57,130 nt of DNA from an uncultured Candidatus Melainabacteria bacterium (GTDB lineage: Bacteria > Cyanobacteriota > Vampirovibrionia > Gastranaerophilales > Gastranaerophilaceae), in assembly GCA_946055575.1 (NCBI GenBank), contig CAMGGL010000001.1:1-57130 (forward strand), read 5' to 3'. Below the pieces are notes generated by a model. The model was not told the DNA's origin, did not search any database, and saw nothing but the letters and a program-made list of their open reading frames with translations. The stretch's first letter is position 1; every line of letters begins with the position of its first letter. Of the stretch, positions 9,835 to 18,578 are shown piece after piece. Both the position numbers and the translations under genes were made by a program.

Positions 9835-10470
9835 TTAGTATTTCATTTCCCAATTATCTTGCATGATCTTTTCTAAACAACCTACACCATATCTTCTTGT
9901 ACCGTCGAGACAGTTTGTTGCAGAATACTGACCTCCACCAAGTTCATTTGTTCTTGTGTTAAGTGTTATTGTAAAAAAATCCCTTCCATAAATATTCGGA
10001 CCATCTGTTGAATTAATATCAACATAAAATTTGCAGTATGGATCTCCACATAAAAAGGCTACAGTCTCACCACTTGTAAGTTTTGCCCAAGCAGAATTCT
10101 GCGGCAACAATGGCAATGGACGTCCGTTAGCGGCAGTATCTGATGAGCCATTTAACTTTTTATATTGGACAGAAAACGAGTTAGTAGTGGTTCTTGTACT
10201 CTTTTTTAAATATTTATCAAGAAAACTCTGTGCATTACTGGAATCACCTACAACACGTTTAGAATAAGGCGTTTGATAAAAATAGGAAACATTACTATCT
10301 GAACATGCCTGATTTACAGCCGAATCAAGCATTTCATAGACTTTTTTCAAATGTGCTACATATAATTTATTATGATAATCTTTCAAAAATCCCGGAAGAA
10401 CCAAAGCAGCAATAATCCCGATTATAGACATTGTTACCAGCAATTCGCCAATAGTCATAGCTTTTTTCAT
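9835..10470 (-). CDS. Prepilin-type pilin/pseudopilin-like paralog 4
   Basis: MKKAMTIGELLVTMSIIGIIAALVLPGF, VDINSTDGPNIYGRDFF, and C-terminal DNWEMKY. Internal ATG chosen because the 14 upstream codons look non-coding. Confidence 0.75.
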   Translation of the reverse strand: MKKAMTIGELLVTMSIIGIIAALVLPGFLKDYHNKLYVAHLKKVYEMLDSAVNQACSDSNVSYFYQTPYSKRVVGDSSNAQSFLDKYLKKSTRTTTNSFSVQYKKLNGSSDTAANGRPLPLLPQNSAWAKLTSGETVAFLCGDPYCKFYVDINSTDGPNIYGRDFFTITLNTRTNELGGGQYSATNCLDGTRRYGVGCLEKIMQDNWEMKY

Positions 10471-10603
10471 CAAACAATCATCCTCGTTATATGTTATATA
10501 ACAATTATACAACTTTTTTCATGGTTTTTCAACCTTAAAGGGATTGATGAAATTTTAACACACAAATCGCGTGCGTGCCAGGATGTAATCCTGTTTATCC
10601 CAT

Positions 10604-10625
10604 AAAAAAAAGGAACCGAAGTTCC
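10604..10625 (-). terminator. Intrinsic terminator, repeat copy 1
   Basis: GGAAC-CGAA-GTTCC hairpin with an adjacent A8, which is T8 on minus. Confidence 0.6.
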
Positions 10626-10758
10626 TTTTTAATGGTCGGGATGATGCCGGTATCGTTCGCGAAGAATGAGCGTTACGAAACCGGTATGCAGCCAGCTGAT
10701 TTTTAGCGTAAGCGTTAAAAATCGCGTGCGTGCCAGGATGTAATCCTGTCTATCCCAT

Positions 10759-10780
10759 AAAAAAAAGGAACCGAAGTTCC
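10759..10780 (-). terminator. Intrinsic terminator, repeat copy 2
   Basis: Same hairpin plus T8 on minus, exactly 155 bp from copy 1. Confidence 0.6.
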
Positions 10781-10913
10781 TTGTTAATGGTCGGGATGAT
10801 GCCGGTATCGTTCGCGAAGAATGAGCGTTACGAAACCGGTATGCAGCCAGCTGATTTTTAGCGTAAGCGTTAAAAATCGCGTGCGTGCCAGGATGTAATC
10901 CTGTCTATCCCAT

Positions 10914-10935
10914 AAAAAAAAGGAACCGAAGTTCC
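10914..10935 (-). terminator. Intrinsic terminator immediately downstream of tRNA-Pro
   Basis: On the minus strand the sequence reads CCA-TTAACAA-GGAAC-TTCG-GTTCC-TTTTTTTT. Confidence 0.75.
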
Positions 10936-10942
10936 TTGTTAA

Positions 10943-11019
10943 TGGTCGGGATGACAGGATTTGAACCTGCGGCCCCTTCGTCCCGAACGAAGTGCGCTAC
11001 CAAGCTGCGCTACATCCCG
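10943..11019 (-). tRNA. tRNA-Pro (anticodon CGG), CCA encoded
   Basis: Minus-strand sequence is CGGGATG-TA-GCGC-AGCTTGGTA-GCGC-A-CTTCG-TTCGGGA-CGAAG-GGGCC-GCAGG-TTCAAAT-CCTGT-CATCCCG-ACCA. It folds by hand into a canonical cloverleaf with U8, A14, G18G19, G37 and the T-loop TTCAAAT. Confidence 0.9.
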
Positions 11020-11059
11020 ACAAAATAGATATTCAATTGTAAATTTGTTTTTTGTGATC

Positions 11060-11150
11060 TATTCCAAAACTCCCGTTTTGGAAGGTGCGCTACCCCTCTC
11101 GAGAAAACAATTCACAGGATTGTTTTCTTTCGGCAGAGTGCTACATCCCG
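11060..11150 (-). pseudogene. Decayed partial copy of tRNA-Pro (5-prime half with an insertion, no T arm)
   Basis: The minus strand shows CGGGATGTAGC, identical to tRNA nt 1-11. A ~40-nt insert then forms the hairpin GAAAACAAT/ATTGTTTTC. GGTAGCGCAC follows, identical to the D-arm 3-prime side, and then TTCCAAAA-CGGGAG-TTTTGGAA, which retains the CGGG anticodon-loop core. Confidence 0.4.
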
Positions 11151-11282
11151 ACATTATCTGAAACAAATTTTCAAAATGTACAAACACCTGATTTTACAAA
11201 TACAATCAAGTCCTGACTTTGGATATCTTTACCCTGAAAGGTTTCAATACCCTCCGTACAGAAATATTCTATTACAAACAAA

Positions 11283-12965
11283 TTAATTTGTACACTCACA
11301 AAGAGATTTTTTTATTTCATTGCGTTTTAATTTTCTCGTCGTCGTTCTCGGTAAATTTTCAAGACGCACAATAATATTTATCGGACGTTTATATGGAGCA
11401 AGGTGCGTAGACAAATATTTGACCTCGTTTTTTATTGCATCAGTCAAATTCTCACTACTTGTAAACTTCGACGAATATTCTTTTGTCGGAACAATTATCG
11501 CTGCTATTTCCTCACACCCGTCTTTTTCTCCGAAAGATTTTTTCATTCCGCAAACACATACTTCTTCAAAATTTGTACTCTGCTCCAAAACAGATTCAAT
11601 TTCTTCAGGAAAAACCTTTTTACCACCTGATAAAACAATCATATTTTTTATCCGCCCCGTGATATATATCAGTTTTGTTCTTTTGTCAATTCTGGCAATA
11701 TCACCTGTATGTAACCAACCGTCAGGTTCTATAACATCCATTGTCAAATCCTCTCTGCCATAGTAACCCTTCATTACAGACGGACCTTTTAACAAAAGTT
11801 CACCCGTCTGCTCATCAATTTTGGTTTCATACGACTCCAACGCAGAACCTACAGATTTAATATCTTGATATTTTCCCCTGTTTACTGCAACAACAGGACT
11901 TGTTTCAGACAACCCGTATCCTTGATATACACGTATTCCGATATTTTCAAAAAACTCTCCTACTGAACTGTCTAACGGTGCCCCGCCTGAAATACAACCG
12001 AAAAACTCACCGCCAAATTTTTTATGTATTGAATGAAAAACAATCCTTCTTAATTTTATCGGCAACAACCTAGAAATTAACATAGAAAATTTGAAAATAT
12101 TTTTAACAAACATTGGCTGTTTATTAATCTCAGATTCTATAGATGATTTTAAAAGTTTCAAAAACGCAGGAACAGTAATCATAAATTTTATTTTCTTCTC
12201 AGACATAATATCCATAATATCCTTAGGTTTCAAACTCTGAGGATAATAAATAGAATGACCGTGATGTAAGAAAATAAAAAATCCAACAGTAAGCTCAAAT
12301 AAATGGTTCATCGGCAAAATAGATAACAATCGCATATCACCATCAGGCAATATTTGCTTTAATGCGCTGGTCAAATCATTCATCTGCGCAAGAATATTTT
12401 TAAAAGTTATTTCAACACCTTTCGGATTTCCTGTTGTACCCGAAGTGTAAATAATAAATGCCGTAGCATTTAACGGACGCCTGCGCCACCTTGAATCATA
12501 GTTTTCAGGAATTGAATATAAACTCGGAGTTTTTATATTTTCATACACCGAAGCATCCATTAATATAATGTGTTTTAATGATTTTATTTTTTGTTTTAAT
12601 TCCTTTGCTTTTTCTATATTTGCACTTGAACAAAGGATTACGGATGGCTTACAACTTGAAAGAATAGACTGCAATTCAAAAATTGTCAACTTATTATCGA
12701 GCGGAACCGTCGTTAACCCCGCCAGAACCGAACCAAAAACACAAGCCCCGTATTCAGGTTTTGATTCGGATAAAATTGCCAATCTTTCACCCCGCTCAAG
12801 ACCCAAATCCTCCATAAGGTAACTTGCCAAACGCCTTGATAACAAGCCTAAACCTTTATAAGTAAATTCATTCCAGCCCCATTTGGATTTCATACCAAGT
12901 GATACCTTTTCACCATTTTTAATGGTAATTTCTTCCAGCAAAGAAAGTACATTTCCGTATTTCAT
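11283..12965 (-). CDS. AMP-dependent synthetase/ligase (long-chain acyl-CoA synthetase, FadD-like)
   Basis: Adenylate-forming motifs YTSGTTGNPKGV, GYGLSET, LHTGDIA and the C-terminal TTRKLKR. Confidence 0.85.
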   Translation of the reverse strand: MKYGNVLSLLEEITIKNGEKVSLGMKSKWGWNEFTYKGLGLLSRRLASYLMEDLGLERGERLAILSESKPEYGACVFGSVLAGLTTVPLDNKLTIFELQSILSSCKPSVILCSSANIEKAKELKQKIKSLKHIILMDASVYENIKTPSLYSIPENYDSRWRRRPLNATAFIIYTSGTTGNPKGVEITFKNILAQMNDLTSALKQILPDGDMRLLSILPMNHLFELTVGFFIFLHHGHSIYYPQSLKPKDIMDIMSEKKIKFMITVPAFLKLLKSSIESEINKQPMFVKNIFKFSMLISRLLPIKLRRIVFHSIHKKFGGEFFGCISGGAPLDSSVGEFFENIGIRVYQGYGLSETSPVVAVNRGKYQDIKSVGSALESYETKIDEQTGELLLKGPSVMKGYYGREDLTMDVIEPDGWLHTGDIARIDKRTKLIYITGRIKNMIVLSGGKKVFPEEIESVLEQSTNFEEVCVCGMKKSFGEKDGCEEIAAIIVPTKEYSSKFTSSENLTDAIKNEVKYLSTHLAPYKRPINIIVRLENLPRTTTRKLKRNEIKKSLCECTN

Positions 12966-13054
12966 ATAAACTCCTTAACCCCTTTATATCCATATTCTAC
13001 TGTAATATTTACTATAAGTAAAGCACCTTTACATCTTTATAAAAATTTATAAAT

Positions 13055-13097
13055 AAAAAATCCTGAGAATAGTAAATTTATTATTCTCAGGATTTTT
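13055..13097 (-). terminator. Intrinsic terminator downstream of gyrA
   Basis: TCCTGAGAATA-N10-TATTCTCAGGA hairpin with a T-run on minus (A6 on plus) and T4 on plus. Confidence 0.65.
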
Positions 13098-13116
13098 GAT
13101 ATTTTATATAATTAAA

Positions 13117-15675
13117 TTATTCTGCGTTGCTATCATCAAGCAGACTTGTTTGTTGAATATCTGCTTCTGCAACCTCTGTTGCTTCTGATGATGAAGATTT
13201 TATAGTTACATCATCCTCGTCAGGGTTAATAATTTTATTAACAGAACATACAACATCGTTTTCATTTAAGTTTTGAGCTCTGACACCTGTTGCAGGTCTT
13301 CCCTGTTGAGAAATTGAACCGGCATTTAATCTTGTAACAACACCGTTTGCCGTAACAAGCATAATATCATCTGAATCTCTGACGATAGTCAGGGCAACAA
13401 GCCTTGAAGCTGATGATTTAAATTTTGTTGCAATTAATCCGATACCGCCTCTATTTTGGGTTCTAAATTCAGACAATTTTGTACGTTTACCAAACCCGTC
13501 AGAAGTTACAACAAGTAAATCAGCATCATAATCCTGCGGAACAATATCGCATCCGACAATTTCATCGCCTGAGCGTAACTTCATTGAAATTACCCCTCTT
13601 GCACTTCTGCCTAAAGGTCGCAAGTCTTGTATCGGGAATCTTATTGCCATACCGCAAGATGTACCTATAATAATTTCATCCTTTGCAGTTGCCAGTTTTA
13701 CCCAATTCAAACTGTCGCCCTCATCCAAGCCGATTGCAATAATACCGTTACGTCTGATATTTGCAAAATTATCAAGTTCAATACGTTTGATATTACCTTT
13801 TTTCGTCAACATTATTAAGTTCAAATCTTTAGAGAACGTGCTTACAGGAACGACAGCGGTAATTTTTTCATCCTGATCAATAGGAAGAACATTCACTATC
13901 GGCAAGCCTTTTGCCTGACGTCCACCTTCAGGGAAGTCATAAACATTCAGACTGTAAACAGTACCTTTTGATGAGAAGAATAATACCTTATCGTGCATCA
14001 TTGCAGTAAAGAAGTGTTGAATATCATCATCTTCTTTTGTTTTCATGCCTGATTTACCGCGAGTTGCACGATTTTGACGCTCAAAAGTATCAAGAGAAAT
14101 ACGTTTCAAATACCCTTGATGCGTAATGAATACAGCCATCGGGGTGTTTGGTGTTAAATCCTCAATAGTAACTTCACCCTGTTCAGGTAAAATTTGAGTT
14201 TTTCTGTCATCTCCGTATTTTTCTTTATCTTCTAAAAGTTCAGCTTTGATAATGTCAAGAATTTTTTGACGGCTTGCCAAAATTGATTCATATTCTTCAA
14301 TTTTTTTCAATAACTCATCATATTCAGCTTTGACCTTATCTTGTTCCAAACCTGTCAAACGTCTTAATTGCATTTCGAGAATGGCGTTTGACTGATCAAC
14401 ATCAAGCCCGAATCTGCTCATCAAACCTTCTCTTGCATCATCCGTTGTTTTTGACTTCTTAATAAGCTCGATTACTTCATCAATCGAACCCAAAGCTATA
14501 ATCAAACCTGCCAAAATATGAGCACGAACTTTTGCTTTTTTCAAGAAGAAAATAGTTCTTCTTGTAACAATTTCTATTCTGTGTTCAACAAATTCATTCA
14601 ATACTTCATATAAATTCATTAAACGAGGTTGTTTTCCGCACAACGCGACCATATTCACACCAAAAGTTGTTGCAAGTTGAGTGTATTTATACAAGTTATT
14701 TCTTACAACATCCGGTTTTGCATCACGTTTCAACTCAATTACAATTCTCATACCTTCACGGTCGGATTCGTCACGAATGTCAGAAATACCGTTAATCCTT
14801 TGGTCTTTAACAAGTTCGGCAATTTTTTCAATCAACTGAGCTTTATTAACCTGATATGGGATTTCTGTTACAACGATTGCAGTTCTTGACTGACGTCCAC
14901 CTCCGCCGGCAATTTCTTCAAAGCCTGAAACTGCAGACATTTTAATAGAACCGCGACCTGTTTCATAAGCCTGTTTAATATCGTTAAGCCCGATAATAGT
15001 TGCAGCAGTAGGAAAATCAGGGCCTTTAATATATTCCATAAGTTCAGGAACAGTAATTTTAGGATTATCAATAAGGGCAATCGTACCGTCTACAACTTCA
15101 CAAAGGTTATGAGGCGGAATATTTGTAGCCATACCAACCGCAATACCTGAAACTCCGTTTAGCAGCAGCATCGGCAACCTTACAGGTAAAACCGAAGGTT
15201 CTTGTAACGAGCCGTCAAAGTTTGGTTCAAACTCAACCGTTTCGCAATCAATATCAGCAAGCATTGACTGGGTAATTTTGTGCATACGAGCCTCAGTATA
15301 ACGCATTGCAGCAGCGCCGTCACCGTCAACAGAACCGAAGTTTCCATGCCCGTCCACCATTAAATATCTTGTCGAAAAGTCTTGAGCCATACGAACCAAC
15401 GCTTCATATACCGAACTATCACCGTGCGGGTGATATTTACCGAGAACTTCACCGACAATACGTGCACATTTTTTAAACGGCTTATCCGGATACATTCCAA
15501 GTTCGTTCATAGCGTATAAAATACGTCTGTGAACGGGTTTTAAACCGTCACGAACATCAGGAAGCGCACGCCCGACAATGACACTCATTGCATAATCAAT
15601 ATACGAGCGTTTCATTTCTTCTCTTATATTAACGGGAACTATTTTACCGTGTTCAAACATATTTTGCTGAGTCAA
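13117..15675 (-). CDS. gyrA: DNA gyrase subunit A
   Basis: [27 protein letters not shown] and the active-site region [11 protein letters not shown], plus C-terminal beta-pinwheel repeats. Start placed at the TTG seven nt after GGAGGG; the track start at 15690 and the ATG at 15660 are alternatives. Confidence 0.95.
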   Translation of the reverse strand: MTQQNMFEHGKIVPVNIREEMKRSYIDYAMSVIVGRALPDVRDGLKPVHRRILYAMNELGMYPDKPFKKCARIVGEVLGKYHPHGDSSVYEALVRMAQDFSTRYLMVDGHGNFGSVDGDGAAAMRYTEARMHKITQSMLADIDCETVEFEPNFDGSLQEPSVLPVRLPMLLLNGVSGIAVGMATNIPPHNLCEVVDGTIALIDNPKITVPELMEYIKGPDFPTAATIIGLNDIKQAYETGRGSIKMSAVSGFEEIAGGGGRQSRTAIVVTEIPYQVNKAQLIEKIAELVKDQRINGISDIRDESDREGMRIVIELKRDAKPDVVRNNLYKYTQLATTFGVNMVALCGKQPRLMNLYEVLNEFVEHRIEIVTRRTIFFLKKAKVRAHILAGLIIALGSIDEVIELIKKSKTTDDAREGLMSRFGLDVDQSNAILEMQLRRLTGLEQDKVKAEYDELLKKIEEYESILASRQKILDIIKAELLEDKEKYGDDRKTQILPEQGEVTIEDLTPNTPMAVFITHQGYLKRISLDTFERQNRATRGKSGMKTKEDDDIQHFFTAMMHDKVLFFSSKGTVYSLNVYDFPEGGRQAKGLPIVNVLPIDQDEKITAVVPVSTFSKDLNLIMLTKKGNIKRIELDNFANIRRNGIIAIGLDEGDSLNWVKLATAKDEIIIGTSCGMAIRFPIQDLRPLGRSARGVISMKLRSGDEIVGCDIVPQDYDADLLVVTSDGFGKRTKLSEFRTQNRGGIGLIATKFKSSASRLVALTIVRDSDDIMLVTANGVVTRLNAGSISQQGRPATGVRAQNLNENDVVCSVNKIINPDEDDVTIKSSSSEATEVAEADIQQTSLLDDSNAE

Positions 15676-15855
15676 TACTCTACCCTCCAAGTCTAATCAT
15701 TAATATCAGTATAGCATAAACATAGTATTTTGGGCTAAATCTTTACAAGGGGTAAAGATTTTTAACAAATAATGCCTGTAATATCAAAATACCTTATTAA
15801 ATCATAATTCAACAATCAGAATATTTATCAACATTGAGTGGCATTATCCAATACT

Positions 15856-17166
15856 TCAATAACTATAAGTATTTGTGTAATATTTATTGCCATATCGTGT
15901 CGTAGTTGAATTATAATAACGAGGTTGACTTAACTGATAATTTTGCTGTTGAATTAATGAATTTTGCAATTGTAAATTATAATTCATTTGTTGCAATTGC
16001 ATTATGCGTTGCTGTTCAGCTAATTGTCGATTTCTTTCTTGTTGTTCTGCAATAAGTCTTTGAGTTATTTTTTCTTGCTCTTGAATTACATTGTTTAAGC
16101 AACTTTTTAAATTATTTCCTGCATATTTTGATGTACATAAGTGGATTTCTTTATTATAATCCTCAAATCTTTCATTTTCTTGTTCTATAGTCATAATATC
16201 TTTATCTGCTTTCGCTATATCCAGCCAATTTGGGGTTTTAAAAAATCCTTGAATTGATTTTTCACATATTTTTTCTAATTTTTCTTGTTCTACTGTTGCA
16301 ATACCGTAATTTGCCAACAATATTTTCTCACTATCTGTTGTGTTATTTTTTGCGATATTATAAAATTTTAATCGTGTGTCTCGATTTGTTGTAGTTGTCG
16401 CAATGTACATACTTGCATCGTACTTAGAAGGATAACTATATGAATATAGTTCATAAGCCGTTTTGTTTGCTTCTGTGTTTTTATTTAATTTTATATATGA
16501 ATCATATTTTATCAATAAAGCAAGTTTATAATTCGGCAAATCATCCTTTTTTATTATATTTGCTTGAGCAAGCGCCTTATTATAATCCCCGATATTATAA
16601 TAACTATCCGCCAACATTGAACGATAATAATAATCATTAACATTTGTCTTTTGGACCATTTCTGTTAATACCGGTAAGATATATTTTATACAGTTATTAT
16701 AATCGCTATTTAAATAATAAAGCTCACCCAATTTAACATTCATAACTTCTCTATCAAAAAGATTATATTGGTCATATTGTTTTATTTTTTCCAAAGAAAT
16801 AATGGCATTATGATATTGTCTTTGCATATCGTAATTATAAAAAGATGCTAGTAATGCAGGTATATGTTTCTCATCTTTTCTTAGCACTTTATTTATTTGT
16901 CCGTTAGATATGTATTTATTATATTTTTTAGCTTGTTTGTATTCTTTTTTTTGTTTCTTTGTAAGTTTTTTGTAATCTTGTGAAGAAAGCTCAACAAATG
17001 ACATCTTTAAGTTATAGGCATCAAATTGATAATACTCTAGATATGAAGGTTTTGCCTCTGCCCAAATTTGTAATCCGGGTTGAGCAGTATTAGTCATATC
17101 TTCCATACATAAAACATTTGGAGAAACAAACAACAATAAAGCCAACAAACAAAATATCTTTTTCAT
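15856..17166 (-). CDS. Secreted TPR-like repeat protein with a Q/N/Y-rich C-terminal tail
   Basis: Signal peptide MKKIFCLLALLLFVSPNVLC. Repeated Y/A/L-rich 34-aa-like units (YYNIGDYNKALAQANII...). The tail reads QQERNRQLAEQQRIMQLQQMNYNLQLQN...YYTNTYSY. Confidence 0.5.
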   Translation of the reverse strand: MKKIFCLLALLLFVSPNVLCMEDMTNTAQPGLQIWAEAKPSYLEYYQFDAYNLKMSFVELSSQDYKKLTKKQKKEYKQAKKYNKYISNGQINKVLRKDEKHIPALLASFYNYDMQRQYHNAIISLEKIKQYDQYNLFDREVMNVKLGELYYLNSDYNNCIKYILPVLTEMVQKTNVNDYYYRSMLADSYYNIGDYNKALAQANIIKKDDLPNYKLALLIKYDSYIKLNKNTEANKTAYELYSYSYPSKYDASMYIATTTTNRDTRLKFYNIAKNNTTDSEKILLANYGIATVEQEKLEKICEKSIQGFFKTPNWLDIAKADKDIMTIEQENERFEDYNKEIHLCTSKYAGNNLKSCLNNVIQEQEKITQRLIAEQQERNRQLAEQQRIMQLQQMNYNLQLQNSLIQQQNYQLSQPRYYNSTTTRYGNKYYTNTYSY

Positions 17167-17361
17167 CTTAACCCCTATTTACTAATAGCCAATATATCTC
17201 ATAAAATTTTTAGCATGTCAAATTTTACCGATATTATTACCTATTACTTTAGAAATTTAAATTCGGCAATAATATTTCTTTTCCAACAGTAAATGGGAAC
17301 TAAAAGGATGAATACCAGTAGTCTGTGATAATATTGATAGTATTTCTAGTACGTTGGACAT

Positions 17362-18156
17362 TTATAATTTTCCATTGCGCAAATTTAATTTCCAAGGATA
17401 ATCTTTTTGGATTTTCCAACCGTCCCTCATAATTTTTGATGCACAAAATGAACCGCTGCCTGTTGTACTTGCAGCATTGTGACAACCTCGATTTACAGTC
17501 TCACGAGTTTCATTGTAACCAAGAGGATAAACATCACCGTTTCTTGTTACAATAAATTCAAAAAAGTCACGACCTACTACATTTGGTTGCGCCGGTCCGT
17601 TGATATCAACATAAACACTCATACTAATAACATCACTAAAACGTGTAGTAACATCAAACCCGATACAAGAACCGTCTTGCAATAAAACAGCCATCATTCT
17701 GTCATTTCCGTTCAAAGTCCATGTCCCGCCATTCGGGCGAATATATTGAACCTCTTTATTATCATGTGAAGTATGAAGTCGAGTGGAACCTTCAATAAAA
17801 CACATAGTAGAACTTCCGTTCGGGCTGTCAATCACCTGACCGCCGGGCAATAATGGGGCAATTGAACCTTTAACAATTTTTTGTTTATCTCTTTGCCACC
17901 AAGTTTCTGAAGTCCCGTTCATACCTTCAACACTACCGTATTCATATTCAATACGTTTAACCAAATGCCCCAACGTTGCATAGGATTTTTTTAGTGCATT
18001 AACTGTTTTTTCTTGTTCAAATTTTGTCATCAACATCGGTATTGTTAAAGCCGCAACAACACCCACAATACCAAGAGTAATCAACACTTCAGCAAGCGTA
18101 AACCCTGTTAGTTTATGCGTATTAAAAACTTTCTTCTTAATAAAATTAAAGCTCAA
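17362..18156 (-). CDS. Prepilin-type pilin/pseudopilin-like paralog 5
   Basis: ...KLTGFTLAEVLITLGIVGVVAALTIP, VDINGPAQPNVVGRDFF, and MRDGWKIQ near the C-terminus. A TTG start after AGGAAG is proposed (leader SFNFIKKKVFNTHKLTG); the track start is 18216. Confidence 0.7.
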   Translation of the reverse strand: MSFNFIKKKVFNTHKLTGFTLAEVLITLGIVGVVAALTIPMLMTKFEQEKTVNALKKSYATLGHLVKRIEYEYGSVEGMNGTSETWWQRDKQKIVKGSIAPLLPGGQVIDSPNGSSTMCFIEGSTRLHTSHDNKEVQYIRPNGGTWTLNGNDRMMAVLLQDGSCIGFDVTTRFSDVISMSVYVDINGPAQPNVVGRDFFEFIVTRNGDVYPLGYNETRETVNRGCHNAASTTGSGSFCASKIMRDGWKIQKDYPWKLNLRNGKL

Positions 18157-18236
18157 AAAATCTTCCTTTATAAATAATGCCACATATATTATAACAGTAT
18201 TTATAACTAAAATCAATAATACATATATTCATATGC

Positions 18237-18557
18237 TTATTCAGTTTTAGAATGATAGGATCTTTCAGTCAATTCAATCCATTTAGCCTGATTATAATTA
18301 TCATAACTTTGTGCAAATTTTATGAGTGCACTTACTAAAACCCTTCCGCTATCTGATTTCCCTACTATAAAATAATCACCCTCTTTATTTTCGCAATAAA
18401 GTATTTCTCGATGAATTATTTTATCAATGTTGTTCTTAGGATTTTTATTTATCACACTTTTCAACCACTCCGGTAAAAGTTTCAATGGGGTTGTTTTTCG
18501 TGTTAATAATTCATCATTGTGCAATTGTAAATATTTTGAAAATTCTGAAAGTATCAT
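18237..18557 (-). CDS. Hypothetical protein (106 aa)
   Basis: ORF tightly packed between comFC and the fifth pilin-like gene. I recognise no motif. Confidence 0.4.
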   Translation of the reverse strand: MILSEFSKYLQLHNDELLTRKTTPLKLLPEWLKSVINKNPKNNIDKIIHREILYCENKEGDYFIVGKSDSGRVLVSALIKFAQSYDNYNQAKWIELTERSYHSKTE

Positions 18558-18578
18558 TCAAATCCCTTTACATAACAA

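Larger units (their letters stand above)
10563..10955. repeat. 155-bp tandem repeat (about 2.5 units) containing the tRNA-Pro 3-prime terminal 12 nt plus a terminator hairpin
   Basis: ATCGCGTGCGTGCCAGGATG recurs at 10566, 10721 and 10876. TGGTCGGGATGA recurs at 10633, 10788 and 10943. The copies are nearly identical. Confidence 0.9.

Noticed and set aside
10563-10955. Possible CRISPR array, because it is a regularly spaced repeat
   Set aside because: The whole 155-bp unit repeats nearly identically, so there are no unique spacers. The repeated part includes a tRNA end and a terminator. No cas genes are present in the window.
10961-11161. 66-aa plus-strand ORF from the track
   Set aside because: It is the antisense reading of tRNA-Pro and the tRNA-like remnant. 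It has no RBS and is an artefact of GC-rich RNA-gene sequence.
10513-11282. Integrated mobile element or prophage at tRNA-Pro
   Set aside because: There are att-like 12-nt direct repeats of the tRNA end, but only ~143 nt lies between them. No integrase, excisionase or cargo gene is on either side, since pilin-like genes and an acyl-CoA synthetase flank the locus. It is reported only as a miniature repeat.
11320-11763. Antisense ORFs in the track. Examples: 11320-11763, 23646-23993, 24387-24740, 43459-43884, 52026-52400, 52640-53092, 54115-54492, 505-714, 1109-1369, 30707-31360
   Set aside because: Each lies entirely inside a longer ORF on the opposite strand that has clear family motifs. Their translations are low-complexity or hydrophobic shadows typical of AT-rich genomes.
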